Positions 39,901-51,869 of a DNA stretch of 64,000 nucleotides are shown in pieces. The stretch is from assembly GCF_006345805.1 (NCBI RefSeq), contig NC_043006.1, forward strand, positions 98,146,001-98,210,000, given 5' to 3'. The stretch is from Octopus sinensis (taxonomy: Eukaryota). Position numbers and translations under genes: made by a program. The notes beneath the pieces are model-generated. The model was not told where the DNA came from. It did not search any database and worked only from the letters and a program-made list of their open reading frames with translations. How positions within the stretch are numbered: the stretch's first letter is position 1; each line of letters starts with the position of its first letter.

Positions 39901-41479
39901 TTAAAACCAATATTCAATTTCAGCGAAGTTTGACAATTAAAAACATTTCTTCAATTTTTTAACACTGAACACGTGTTGGTATAAATTAAATATTGACAAC
40001 ATATATCAATATTTATTTCTGTTTCCGATGTTGTTGAATCCTTATTAAAAGATCCTTCAGCTTCAGTATTCCGACATTCCATTAATGAACAAAGTATCTA
40101 AAAGGAACAAGGAAAAGAACAGATAAAACATACAATCTCGATGATAATGTAATTTTTATAATTGGAGAACACTATGTCCATCTGCAATATCGGATCTGCA
40201 TTTATTAATGATTCACCGCATGTTGTTAATTAATTCTTGGCAATTCAGGTTGACAAGTATTTTTAAATAATTTGATTAATTAGTTAATTAATTAAGTTGA
40301 GAACCTTTCATCAACTTTTAGTTTATTTCTATTGCTCATCCGCTATTTATTCTTGCAAAGCAAATCAAGTTACTTAATTAACTAAAATTTATATATGCCC
40401 ACTTCTTTAAGATTTTACGTCTTACAACATCAACTAAAAATGAAAACACAAACATGCATTTTATGTTCCTTGATTTACAGACAAACCATTAAAATGATTA
40501 AGCCTAATAACACTTATCTCTATTTGAATTTCTTCAAAATTCATAAGATTTTTTAATATTTTCAATTCTGAAATACAATATTTCAATAAATTGTGAATAA
40601 TATCAAAAGATATATTAATTGTAGGCAGATGTGATTGGTCTAATATTAGTTTAATATTTGATTATATATATATATCATATTTAAAGGAGGAAGGACATTT
40701 GAATGTTATTTTTTTTTTCAAGACTTTATTGATGTTCAATTTACACTAACATAACTTAAACAAGAGGCCATGTGGAAGCATCTCCTTTCAAATTACTCAA
40801 ATTATGCTTGTTTGTGATTAGTAATTTAGTTCTACTGTGCAAAGTTTACCATAGATAAGAAGACACAGCTATAATTTGCTTTGCATACGGAGAACAGATA
40901 ATGGTTTCTTGGAGTAAATACTATTCACCAGCGATGCATGGTATAATATACTGACTTACTACAGACTTGAAATCAGTTGCCATCTCAAAGATAGTGTAAC
41001 GATTTGTCGACTTCTTTAATTATATGAACTGAATATGTGAAATATAAGAGTTTCAACCTATAAGAGAAAAAGAAATATAAGGGAATTTGATCACCGGAGG
41101 CATATATCTTTCATTTCCTCTGAAGATAAATAGTAATGTGAAATGCAAAGTTGATAATTGACAGCGTCTCCTTGGTACATGCCATTCTAAGAGGACTCCG
41201 GTTGGCTATGAACACGGAACATATATGTCCAAAATGCAATATCACTATATATTTCTATATATAGATTCTTCTTTTCAATCCATCATGTACAAAACAAACT
41301 TTGCTAGTACCGTAGAATGAAACATTTACAACATTCAAACTTAGGCTAGTATTTCGGTTCAGTTGTGTTAATAATACGTTTAGAAAATGGCATCAGAGCT
41401 AGATTTCCCATTTTCATTCATATGAAATAAAGGGCTATTATTCAAACTATTATTTACTTTGAAAGCAATAAAGCTTCAT

Positions 41480-42330
41480 TGATTCAATCATCAGAAAACT
41501 CCTCCATACATAGATTAACCTTCCGAACACTCGAAAGGAATTAATGATTACAAATTTAAAATTGTGTGGCCTATATTCCTTGAACTTCGATTCCTTAAGC
41601 TGTGTTAGGTTGAGAGAATGTTGCAAAATCGGACAATAATAATTCGATGGGGATATTAATTTCTCTGTGTAGTGCTGCAATAAATATATTTTCTGAAACA
41701 TATTGGAGAATATTTCATAGAAACTATGCAATCTTTCTCTATAACTGAAAAAAATTAATTCCAAAAGTTATAATGATATCGTTATTAGAAGGTATCAGGA
41801 GCTGCACGTTTAAGAATTTCTATTAAAATTTAACAAAATAGCCTATTACAGTATCTAATAGAAATTCTATATTGAAATATAAGAAAAAAATGAAAGGCAT
41901 TTATATGAATTTGAAAGCAGTGTGAAATGGAAAACTAAAATTTCTACAAAGAAAGGCATATGAGCATTTATGTTTAAATATGAATTTACTTTCTGCATTC
42001 AAGTCTCGAAGGTAATCAGTCAATATAACGATCGACTCACCTGCACACTTGATACTATAGGCGTGAAATGTAATATACATTCAGAAACAACAAGGTATTT
42101 TCAACAAAAGCGTTAAAGTATGAATTCCATTTCTTTTTCTATCACGTTAAAAAGTAAAAACACAACAAAGCTGAATGGATTAATACCAATCACTTTAGAT
42201 GGCGCTACTGCATTTAGAAGAGAATTACAATCGATAACGTTTAAAAGATCGAATACCAATCAATTTATTGGAAAGCGACGTAAAATAGGAAAATATTCCA
42301 TATTTGAATGGGTTCATTAATGCATATTCC
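41480..42330 (+). repeat. Old ~850-bp non-coding duplicate, copy 1
   Basis: Colinear with 50375-51215 (e.g. GAACTTCGAT, AACTATGCAATCTTTCT, CAAAAGTTATAATGATAT, GAGCTGCACGTTTAAGAA, GCCTATTACAGT.TCTAATAGAAATT). Confidence 0.8.
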
Positions 42331-42447
42331 TATTTAAAGAGAAATTTTATTCCTTTAATTGTTCGTCTACATATATATGAAGGTATATAATTTGAAAATA
42401 TATGAAGGTCGCATATGCTGAAATATTACATATATATATATATATAT

Positions 42448-42478
<31 letters not shown>

Positions 42479-43020
42479 ACTCACACACACACACTCAAAC
42501 ACACATAAATAACGAAATATGTGTCGTGCTTGTGTGTATGTGTGTACATACGTATACATATGTATGTGTATCATCTCCATTTCTACGCTTGAAGAATGTA
42601 TGTCATCTCTATACGCTGGATTGCGTAGATTTAGAGAAGATCTGCCAGTTACCCACAGAAGCATGTTTTTCGGTACACATAACATTAAAAAACTCATGTC
42701 TCACTAAGCAGTGATATTCCGATTAGTCCCAGTTTTCTGTAACGTGTTTTATCGACCACAAAGGGATCAAGACAATGTTGAACATTCTCGGATATGCAAT
42801 CTGAGAGCACAAAAAGTGGGTTGGGTTACAGCGAAGCCCTCATTTGAAAAGTTTCCAACTGCAAAACTTGGAATTCCCCGTGGCAGCATCTTTGAGTATC
42901 ACCTAGTGTGTCAGCAGTCGAATTTAGTATCTTGGCTAGATAAAGCCTCCGTTTCTGTACTCAACATTCTGTTTTCTAGCGAACATACGTGTAAGAGTAC
43001 TGTCAATGGCTCATTAATAT

Positions 43021-43253
43021 GTATTTCCTAACTACCCACAAGGAGCTAAACATAGAGAGACAGACAAGGACAGACAAAGGGATTAAGTCGATTACATCGA
43101 CCTCAGTGCGTAACTGGTACTTAATTTATCGACCCCGAAAGGATGAAAGACAAAGCCGACCTCGGCGGAATTTGAACTCAGAACACGTAACGGCAGACGA
43201 AATACGGCTACGCATTTCGCCCGGCGTGCTAACGATTCTGCCAGCTCGCCGAC
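43021..43253 (-). mobile_element. SINE family B with 15-bp TSD
   Basis: ATGGCTCATTAATAT at 43006-43020 and 43259-43273. Confidence 0.92.
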
Positions 43254-43961
43254 TTTTTATGGCTCATTAATATATTTAAAGGAAATTGTTTCAGGAACTC
43301 AATCACCATAAATAGCAAGAAAAAATAGTCTCGACTATTACACTCTGACACAAATGGCATGGAAAACGAAATATAGAATGTAGGTTCGTTAACAATATTA
43401 TCTCCTGCATCAACATTTTATATAAGGCTATGGACATCTGAAAAATTATTTTCAAAGTGTCCTTGCGTAAATATTTTCAAGTACAGACAAGACTTGAAAC
43501 TTACTAATATTAGTATAACCAACCGTATGATTGAGATTCTCTCTGCTTTCTCAATGGATCGTTTCAGAGAAGCTGCAGCAGAAATATGAAATGCTTTTAC
43601 TTTCATAGAAGGAGTCAAACATAGAGCAACAATTTCTCCAAAAATAATTGCCTGTAAACGTAGCGAGTTTTGAATGAAAACTCATTAAAGGAATAAAGCA
43701 TCAAATGTTTGTCTTCATAGAAGTAGGACGAAAAGACGGACCGTTGAAAATGGGTAAACCACTGGCTAAACGACAAATATGTTTCTTAGCTCGTTAGTCT
43801 TCAACCTCGCAGAAAACAGCTTGGGTATCTAGCTGTTTTCTGATTACTAGACAAACAATCGTTACATCTCTCCTTCAGAATCTTTTCATCACTCATGCTA
43901 ACACTTGATGGTCCTCTGTCTCTCGATTTCTTTGGTATCCGATGCACTATAATATAGAGTA

Positions 43962-44344
43962 GTGGAGGCGCCATGGCCCAGTGGTTAGGGCAGCGGACTC
44001 GCGGTCATAGGATCGCGGTTTCGATACCCAGACCGGGCGTTGTGAGTGTTTATTGAGCGAAAACACCTAAAGCTCCACGAGGTTCCGGCAGGGGATGGTG
44101 GTGATCCCTGCTGTACTCTTTCACCACGACTTTCTCTCACTCTTACTTCCTGTTTCTGTTGTACCTGTATTTCAAAGGGCCGGCCTTGTCACTCTCTGTG
44201 TCACGCTGAATATCCCCGAGAACTACGTTAAGGGTACACGTGTCTGTGGAGTGCTCAGTCACTTACACGTTAATTTCACAAGCAGGCTGTTCCGTTGATC
44301 GGATCAACTGGAACCCTCATCGTCGTAACCGACGGAGTGCTTCC
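43962..44344 (+). mobile_element. SINE family A, full length, 11-bp TSD
   Basis: A box TGGCCCAGTGG, B box GGTTTCGATACCC; AATATAGAGTA at 43951-43961 and 44345-44355; near-identical in layout to 54050-54423. Confidence 0.92.
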
Positions 44345-44449
44345 AATATAGAGTACTTGATCTTGTTTTTGCGGTCTCCTGCGATCATGTCCATTCGATA
44401 ATATAGCCGCAAATTTGGAAATGTCTCATAAAATCTTGATTCATCATCA

Positions 44450-45200
44450 CCACATTCACTTATGTGGTGGCTTATTCTTACGTCTACCAGCTCACGGATC
44501 TATCTTGTGTTTGTTCTGTGTGTCATCACCCGTTTCATTGAATTCAAGTATATTCTCATAGTTTGATCCCGAGCGACTATAATTAGCATTTCCAATGGTC
44601 AGCCATTTTCAACATGATCGGCTTGTTGCAGGAATTGACCTCACGATTCTTTTTCAAATATTTATCCAATTCTACCTTCTGTTGTTGGATTCTCTAACTG
44701 TTTGGCTGATTATTTGATATGTCTGGCAGCGGACAGTATTCTTACTTTACTATGCACTTCATAGTTTTTCCAATCCAACATAGTCTTTCAAACACAATAT
44801 CGGTCCTTTTGCTTCTAAGTAAGTAAACCATATCGAGAATAATTTTAGAGTGTTGTAGTTTATGCATTTTGAGCAACTTTCTTCTGTCCAATCTTTGTAG
44901 CTTTTCTTCTACACGAGAGTAGCACCTTGTCTCAAGTTTGACAGGAAATAGATATTATTGACATGGAACACATTTTGGGGACACCATCTTTTAATAGTTT
45001 GGTTCATAGCACTTTCCTGATATTCTTGGTATCTTTGGATACAATCGCACTACTTTGTCCAATATCTTATCATGATGCAGCAATACTAGTAGCATATGTT
45101 CTTCATTTCTAGGCAAATATACACCTTATTCCTTCATTCTCTAATCGTATCCTTTTCTGGCGTAATGGATTTTATTATACGATCAATTTTAATGTTTCAC
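44450..45200 (-). pseudogene. Ancient R4/Dong-type LINE relic
   Basis: Minus translation near 44810-44915, VEEKLQRLDRRKLLKMHKLQHSKIILDMVYLLRSKR, parallels RQIRKLLIIRRMHHPKADIERLYLPRKE at 27715-27800. Confidence 0.5.
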
Positions 45201-45778
45201 GTTTTCTCTATCAAAACTGCATAACTATATTCTTGCTACATATTCTTTTTTTCATTTCACAGGAAAATCCACCTGTTTTACATTATTAGGGAAGAGGTTA
45301 AAGTTGCACACACATACACACACATGTAAATACACACAATACCACAAACACACACACACACACACACTCACGCACACACACGCCAGATTGTTTTTTCTTA
45401 GAACCAGAGAGTAGTAAGACAAATGGAAGGTATGAATTTTCTCAGAATATTTTGACAAAACGGCTTGACACCATGGGGTAAAGTTTTACAAAAAATTAGG
45501 ATTCTTGAAAAGTTCCCCTCTGTATTTTAACAGTTCCTAATGTTCCGCTGCCGAATGTGTGAATATATGAATGTTTTCACTTGCGTTTATGAACAAAGCT
45601 GCACAGTGAACGTTTACATTCGGGTTACGTATGTATAGAGATGCACGCATACCAACAAATTATACATTTGAACATCTACACCAATCACTCAGAAAGCACA
45701 TCGAATTAATAGTCAAATTAACATGCAATTCTGCTCCTTTATTTGTAGAGAAATATATAAAACTATAATAAACCAAGC

Positions 45779-45820
<42 letters not shown>

Positions 45821-46037
45821 GTGTGTATAACTGCGTATACCTTTACGGGGCATACACAGATGTACACACCTATAAACAATTTTTTCTTGTCTGTCTGCCT
45901 TTCACTCTACCTATTTATCTATCTATAATACAATGCACTATAATATAATATTATATATATATATATTATATATATATATATATATATGCATGTATGCATG
46001 TATATATATATGCATGTATGTATGTATGTATATATAT

Positions 46038-46073
<36 letters not shown>

Positions 46074-46086
46074 CATACATACATAC

Positions 46087-46159
<73 letters not shown>

Positions 46160-46639
46160 TTCACAAAAAAAGAATACGCCTGACGAATACTTTGCCGTCT
46201 ACTCCTCTTTCGGATAACTTACTGCTTCCGAGGTTCTTCTAACAATTAAATACATGTAGCCTGGATTTTATCTACTAATTTCTGGATATGTATTCGCATA
46301 TAGAACAAACCCTGTTTCTGGCCGTGAACATGAAATTAACTTTCTTTTCAGCCTATCGTACTTCAATACTGGAAAAATTCACAACTTTCTGATCCAATAA
46401 ACTACTATTGTTCCTGAATATTGATTTTTATATCGTCTACGAATTGCTTGAAGCTCACTAACTACCTACACCGCCTTGGATCTTACCTTCATACACACAC
46501 ATACGCACACGCACATATGTGCGTGTGTGTGTGGTGTGTGTGTGTGTGTGTGTATATGTATGTATATAATGGTTAATAAAATGAATGGTTTACACCTGGT
46601 ATCTTACTACAGTCGCTTTCACAGTGATCGTAAGGTATA

Positions 46640-47219
46640 TATCAAATAAAAGGGGAAGATGGAATATACGAGAATTTAGAATTAATCACGACAATTGTTT
46701 CGACACATCTAGCATCGAAAGCTCAAGGGTGAGACATTCAACAACTGGTTCAGGAGTATCCGGTGGTGCAGATGTATCTCGTCGGGTGATAAATAGATGC
46801 AACTCGTTAAAGTGACTGCTCTGCAATGCGACTTACCGTTTTGTAGAAAGAAAAAGCAGCCAGACGGAGGAAATACCTTCATTTAAATAGAAGATCAAAA
46901 ATAAAATCATCTTTCTCGCTAGATTGCGTGTTCGTTTCTCTTTTAGCCGTCTGTGATTTTATTTTTATCTACATAAATGAAGTTATTTCTTCCGTCTGGA
47001 TGGTTTTTTTTATTACAAAACGGAAAGTTGCATTGTGGAACAGTCATTTTAGTGAGTTGCATTTATCTACCACCCGGCGAGATACATCTTTACCACCGGA
47101 TGCTCCTGAACTAGTTGTTGAGTGTCCCATCCATGAGGAATTGATGCTAGATGTGACGAAACAATTGTCGTGATTAATAACAAATTCTCGTGTATTCCAT
47201 CTTCCGTCTTTCATTTGCC

Positions 47220-47220
<1 letters not shown>
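46640..47220. mobile_element. Fold-back element (~265-bp diverged arms), each arm carrying an outward-facing hammerhead motif
   Basis: 46641-46905 is the approximate reverse complement of 46950-47218; TA-rich flanks. Minus 46685-46790: ATCAC-CCGACGA-GATACATCT...AGATGTGTC-GAAA-CAATTG-TC^GTGAT. Plus 47071-47174 has core CCGGCGA. Confidence 0.8.
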
Positions 47221-47254
<34 letters not shown>

Positions 47255-48749
47255 TGTATATATGCGTGTCTGTGTGTGTGTATGTATGTACAACAGCAGT
47301 ATCAGTGTCTAGGGATATGAGATCTGAAAGCGGTTCGAGTTAAAATGCTATATACTACTATATTTTTAAAAAGATCCCTCTTATTATATTCACTGTCCTA
47401 ATATCGCAAATAGAATTTTTAATGTAAAAAGTGTAATTATAAAAATTATTTGGGGCTAAATTATCCTGCGCCTATGCTTGGACAAGCGAGCATTTCTGAG
47501 AGTATCGAATATTTCTGTTCTTATTTATCGTCAGCGGAATTATCACATTCATCATTGCTTGATGCATAATTCAACGGGATATGTTCGTGAAAATACATTG
47601 AATGGTATCACAAAATGTGACTTGTTGATAAAGAAATTCTGAAGATCTGATGACTAAGTGCGTTTCGTCTCTCCGATGGATTTGTTTAGTTCTGTATCAT
47701 CCAATTCATTTGTTATCCCTTTTCCAGATATTCAATATTTATAATAAATAACAATATTTGATATGGCTTTACGTGTTTTAAGTAGATTTTTCAAAACACT
47801 CTTTTGATTTTGGAGAGAACTGCATTTAAATGTAATATGAATTCTATTCTGATGAGGAAACTTTACTTGCAAATATATTTTTACATAATTGGAATGTTTC
47901 ATTCATTTACAAATACATCTTCGCCTTTTTCCTTTAGAAATTAGATCGACAGTATGATAGAAGACATATTTTATTCCTTATCCACGATGTGTTGCTTTTC
48001 ACCTATGTTTCTTTGTTTCCTGTTTGACAATAAATATCACCAGTAATAGCTCACATTTGTCCAGTCTCTCACGTACACACAAAAAGGAAGACGAAAATTC
48101 TATTCAATCGATGTAGTTATGTATATTCGCATCTTTTCTTATGGCATATCTCGTAAATATTTTCTCTGCCATTTAAAACTTTTCTTGTTTTAATTGAAAC
48201 CAACACATGTCGTTAACAAAAGAAATAGAAAGCAACTGTAATTTCAAATATATTTATATATGCGTGAAAAGAAATGATTGTTGTTTGTATATACCTAAAT
48301 AGCACATAAGGTACACAGAAGCAGCAACTGTTACATCATTAATTCCACAGAGGACATTTTGAAATGAAATTATTCTTAAACTAATAAATCAATATTGGCA
48401 GAAAATATATAACTAAAATGAGTAAATTAATTTATACATGCAACAGAATATCGATATTTCCGTAAATACACATTTTGCCTGTTTTTTCCTTTCAGGAACC
48501 GTGGATAGCAAACAACCATTTTCTAGAAACACGGATGGATATGTCAAATCCTTCTTAGTGTCTGAAGGACTACTTTAAACTTCAGAATGGTATTACTAGA
48601 GCTGCTTCTAATATTTTCTAAATTATGTGATTTATTAAAAAAAAAGCAATTCTTTAAAATTATAATTATAATTGAAATATTGATTAGCCTCTAGATTTTA
48701 TAAAAAGCATATAGGTGCTTTTACAAACACTGGCAAACAGCCAACATGT

Positions 48750-49300
48750 GAATATTCTAGCAGGCCTAGAGGCTTTTCCAAACATATTTACAACGTCAGA
48801 AGTGCAGAAAACCTGTGTGTATCATATTTCTAAGCATTTTCAATCCCTTGATTATCAAATGTACAAGTGGGTCATAAATCCTTTCGCAAGACACGACAGT
48901 ACACACCTGTATTAACATTAACGAAAGAAGGAAATTTAATAGATTAAAAAGCGATCCTATGCACAAAACCCTATTTTCTGTGCTAGAATCGTGAGAATTT
49001 TGGATTTCGCTTTGGAACCAATAATCTCGATTGGCTATTATAACCGTTTAATCTCTGTTGTCATTTGGATAATCGTATCTTTGCGAATTAGGTGCGTGTG
49101 CACTTATGAAAATAAAGTAAAGAAAAACGGGAACGATTACAAATAGTAGATGAGGAGTTACGCATTTGTTTATTTAATTTTGGGCTGCGTTTTAACAAAA
49201 TTATTTCCCAAAATCAGTTGCATCCTTCTCACTATCCGCTGCAAATTGGGTGCATTGAAGGAAATCTGTCGAATTTTTTGTGTATTTCAGGGAGACCATA
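48750..49300 (+). pseudogene. hAT (Charlie/Buster-like) transposase C-terminal relic
   Basis: YKWVINPF; FG*SYLCELGACALMKIK; KRERLQIVDEELRICL; QNQLHPSH, typical of the hAT dimerisation-domain C-terminus; frameshifted. Confidence 0.8.
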
Positions 49301-49319
49301 AAATATAAGTGTTATTTCT

Positions 49320-49910
49320 GACCCTAAAATCCTGGATTCGGCCTTATTAATGACATTGTTTTCCTCCATTTCCAAAGTTCATCTTTGTAATTGGTGTTTG
49401 GATTGACAGGTAATTTTTCATATGAAGTTTTGTCACTTAATACTTCTTCACAAGCCAAAATATACTCAGTTTTGTGCAGAATTACGAAAGCGTCTCCTTT
49501 ATCCGCGATTTTAATAACACTCGAACCTTTATTAGCTAGACCTCGGAGTGAGTTACGCTGGGAATTTTTGAGGTAATTCCAGAACATTTTTATACTCGTT
49601 TGAAGGCGTTCCTTAATGTTGTCGCATGTATGTAGTGTCTGGTAATATTGTACGTCATTTATCTATGTATGGTATGCGAGTGTGGATATGCTTCCATATA
49701 ACTGGAGTAGTTGATCAGAACATGTGTTGGATTTATGATTTCGTTCTTCGGGTACAAAACACAAAGAAAGGGAATGCTAATAATAAAACAAACGACAGGC
49801 GTAAAATAAAATAGGTTTCACTCAGTTGAAGATGCACCCCTCATTAGTCAATATTGTTTCGTCGGCGTTTAAAATGTCTCTTAAACCTATTTGCCACTCG
49901 TCAAACATTT
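49320..49910 (-). pseudogene. Penelope/Poseidon-like PLE N-terminal relic with a degenerate upstream HHR
   Basis: LRGLANKGSSVIKIADKGDAFVILHKTEYILACEEVLSDKTSYEKLPVNP matches the pre-RT ADKG motif. Upstream minus 49845-49908: TTGACGA-GTGGC...GCCGAC-GAAA-CAATATTG-AC. Confidence 0.75.
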
Positions 49911-50374
49911 TGAATTGTAACTAGTGACCTCAAACGTACATATGAAATATTGAGTGTGATGTAGGGCACTTTAGGGTGATTATAAAATGTAGGAAGTTAC
50001 TGTTTAGCTTATATGCATGGATGATAGAACTACAGAGCTTCTAGAAGCAATTCTATTCTTAATTCAGAGGAGGGGGTTTAAGGATAGGGAAGAAATGAGA
50101 GGAATCAGTAATTATTACCCGCATATTGTGTACATTGGAGCCAATAAAATGGGAGAAAAGATAAGGCGAAAATGTCACCTTCTCGGTAGACAAAGTGTGC
50201 AACATAAGGAGTGGGGGGTAAGTTCAGAATGTGAAATGCAGTTATGGGTGGCGTCAATTATTTTCCTGCAGTTGGTGCTAACGCGTATAGAAAATTGCTA
50301 AATGCCAGATTTCTCAGTTCACATTCATCTATGAAAAAAGATCTTCCAATTAGGACTACTTCAAGATGATTCGC

Positions 50375-51215
50375 CGATTTAAACAACAGCAAAGATTCCC
50401 ATAAAAGTCTATCTCTTCTTCCCACGCGAATGAAGTTAATGATTCCAACTATAAAATTGTGCATTCAACATTCCGTGAACTTCGATGCATTACATAGATT
50501 TAAGCCAAAAGCAATATGGAGTAAAAATTATAAAATAATTCGATAGCGATATTAATTTCTGTGCACAATGCTAGAATATAATGTACTTTCTGAAAATAGT
50601 AATATTTCATGTGAACTATGCAATCTTTCTTCAAACCTAAAAATGTAATTTCAAAAGTTATAATGATATTTTTTATGAGAAAGCATTATGAGCTGCACGT
50701 TTAAGAACTTCTATTTGAATTTAAAATGGCCTATTACAGTGTCTAATAGAAATTGTATACTGAAATAAGAAACAAGAGAAAAAAAAGAAAAGAAAAAGTA
50801 AGTAAAGCAAATAACTATTTACAGAAATTTAAAGCAATATGAAGCAGAATGACGAAGCTATTAAGAACGGCATATTAACACATGTTTAAATAAGTATTTA
50901 ACTTTTCTGTGCCATTTCGAACAATAGTCAGTCGATAGTTCGGATCAACTACCGATTTGATACTGCTTATGAAATATGAATTACTAAGGACGTATGAACG
51001 AGCTATTTTCATTAATTTTTTTTTTCTCTCACAGTTTAAGAAGCAAAAACACATCGTAGAATGAATTTATATCACCAATCATTTTGAATTTTATTGTCAC
51101 ATTTAAAAGAAAATCATAATCGATATTTTTTCAAATCGAATATCAAATAGATTTATCCGAAAGTAGTATAAGATGCAATAAATATGCCACATTTTAATGG
51201 TTTTATATAAATCCA
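50375..51215 (+). repeat. Old ~850-bp non-coding duplicate, copy 2
   Basis: See 41480-42330. Confidence 0.8.
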
Positions 51216-51304
51216 TGCACTGCACTGAACATGAAATTTCGATCGTCGAAATGAATAAAAGTTCCAGTATAGTCTATCTTCCGTATCCGTTGTTTGTTCG
51301 TTTG

Positions 51305-51582
51305 TTCTTCTTCTTCTTCTTCTTCTTCTTCTTCTTCTTCTTCTTCTTCTTCTTCTTCTTCTTCTTCTTCTTCTTCTTCTTCTTCTTCTTCTTCACCTTC
51401 TTCTTCTTCTTCTTCTTCTTCCTCCTCCTCCTCCTCCTCCTCCTCTTCCTCCTCCTCCTCTCCTCATCCTCTTCCTCCTCCTCCTTCTACGACTACTACT
51501 ACTACAACAACAACAACAAAAACAACTACTACTACTACTACTAGTACTACTACTGCTGCTGCTGCTGCTGCTGCCGCTGCTA
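51305..51582. repeat. Compound trinucleotide array (TTC)n-(TCC)n-(ACT/ACA)n-(GCT)n
   Basis: Direct reading; source of the poly-F/poly-S pseudo-ORFs. Confidence 0.95.
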
Positions 51583-51869
51583 CACACACTCACATACGCA
51601 CGTGTACAGGTAAACTGTACAAACTGGTTTGTACTATTTTTGCCAAACGTTATGTAACTATTTTCAACTATAACTTCTGACTCAAAGGGAAGTCACCATT
51701 AGCCTTTTTTTGAACAACACAATGACCCAACCATATCTTGAACCGCTGTTCTAACTGGAAGCTTGGCGGCACACCTATTTGAGCACCCAGAACGCTCAAA
51801 TCACTAGGTCTCGTGATCCTGACGAAAACTCCTAATACCCACCTCCATATATATATATATATATATATA

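Noticed and set aside
43770-43810. Minus TTGAAGA...GAAA-CATATTTG-TC and the adjacent 11-bp hairpin 43811-43841
   Set aside because: Stems I and II do not pair; an isolated hairpin is not informative.
43962-44035. tRNA genes at SINE heads
   Set aside because: No complete acceptor stem; the heads continue into SINE bodies with TSDs.
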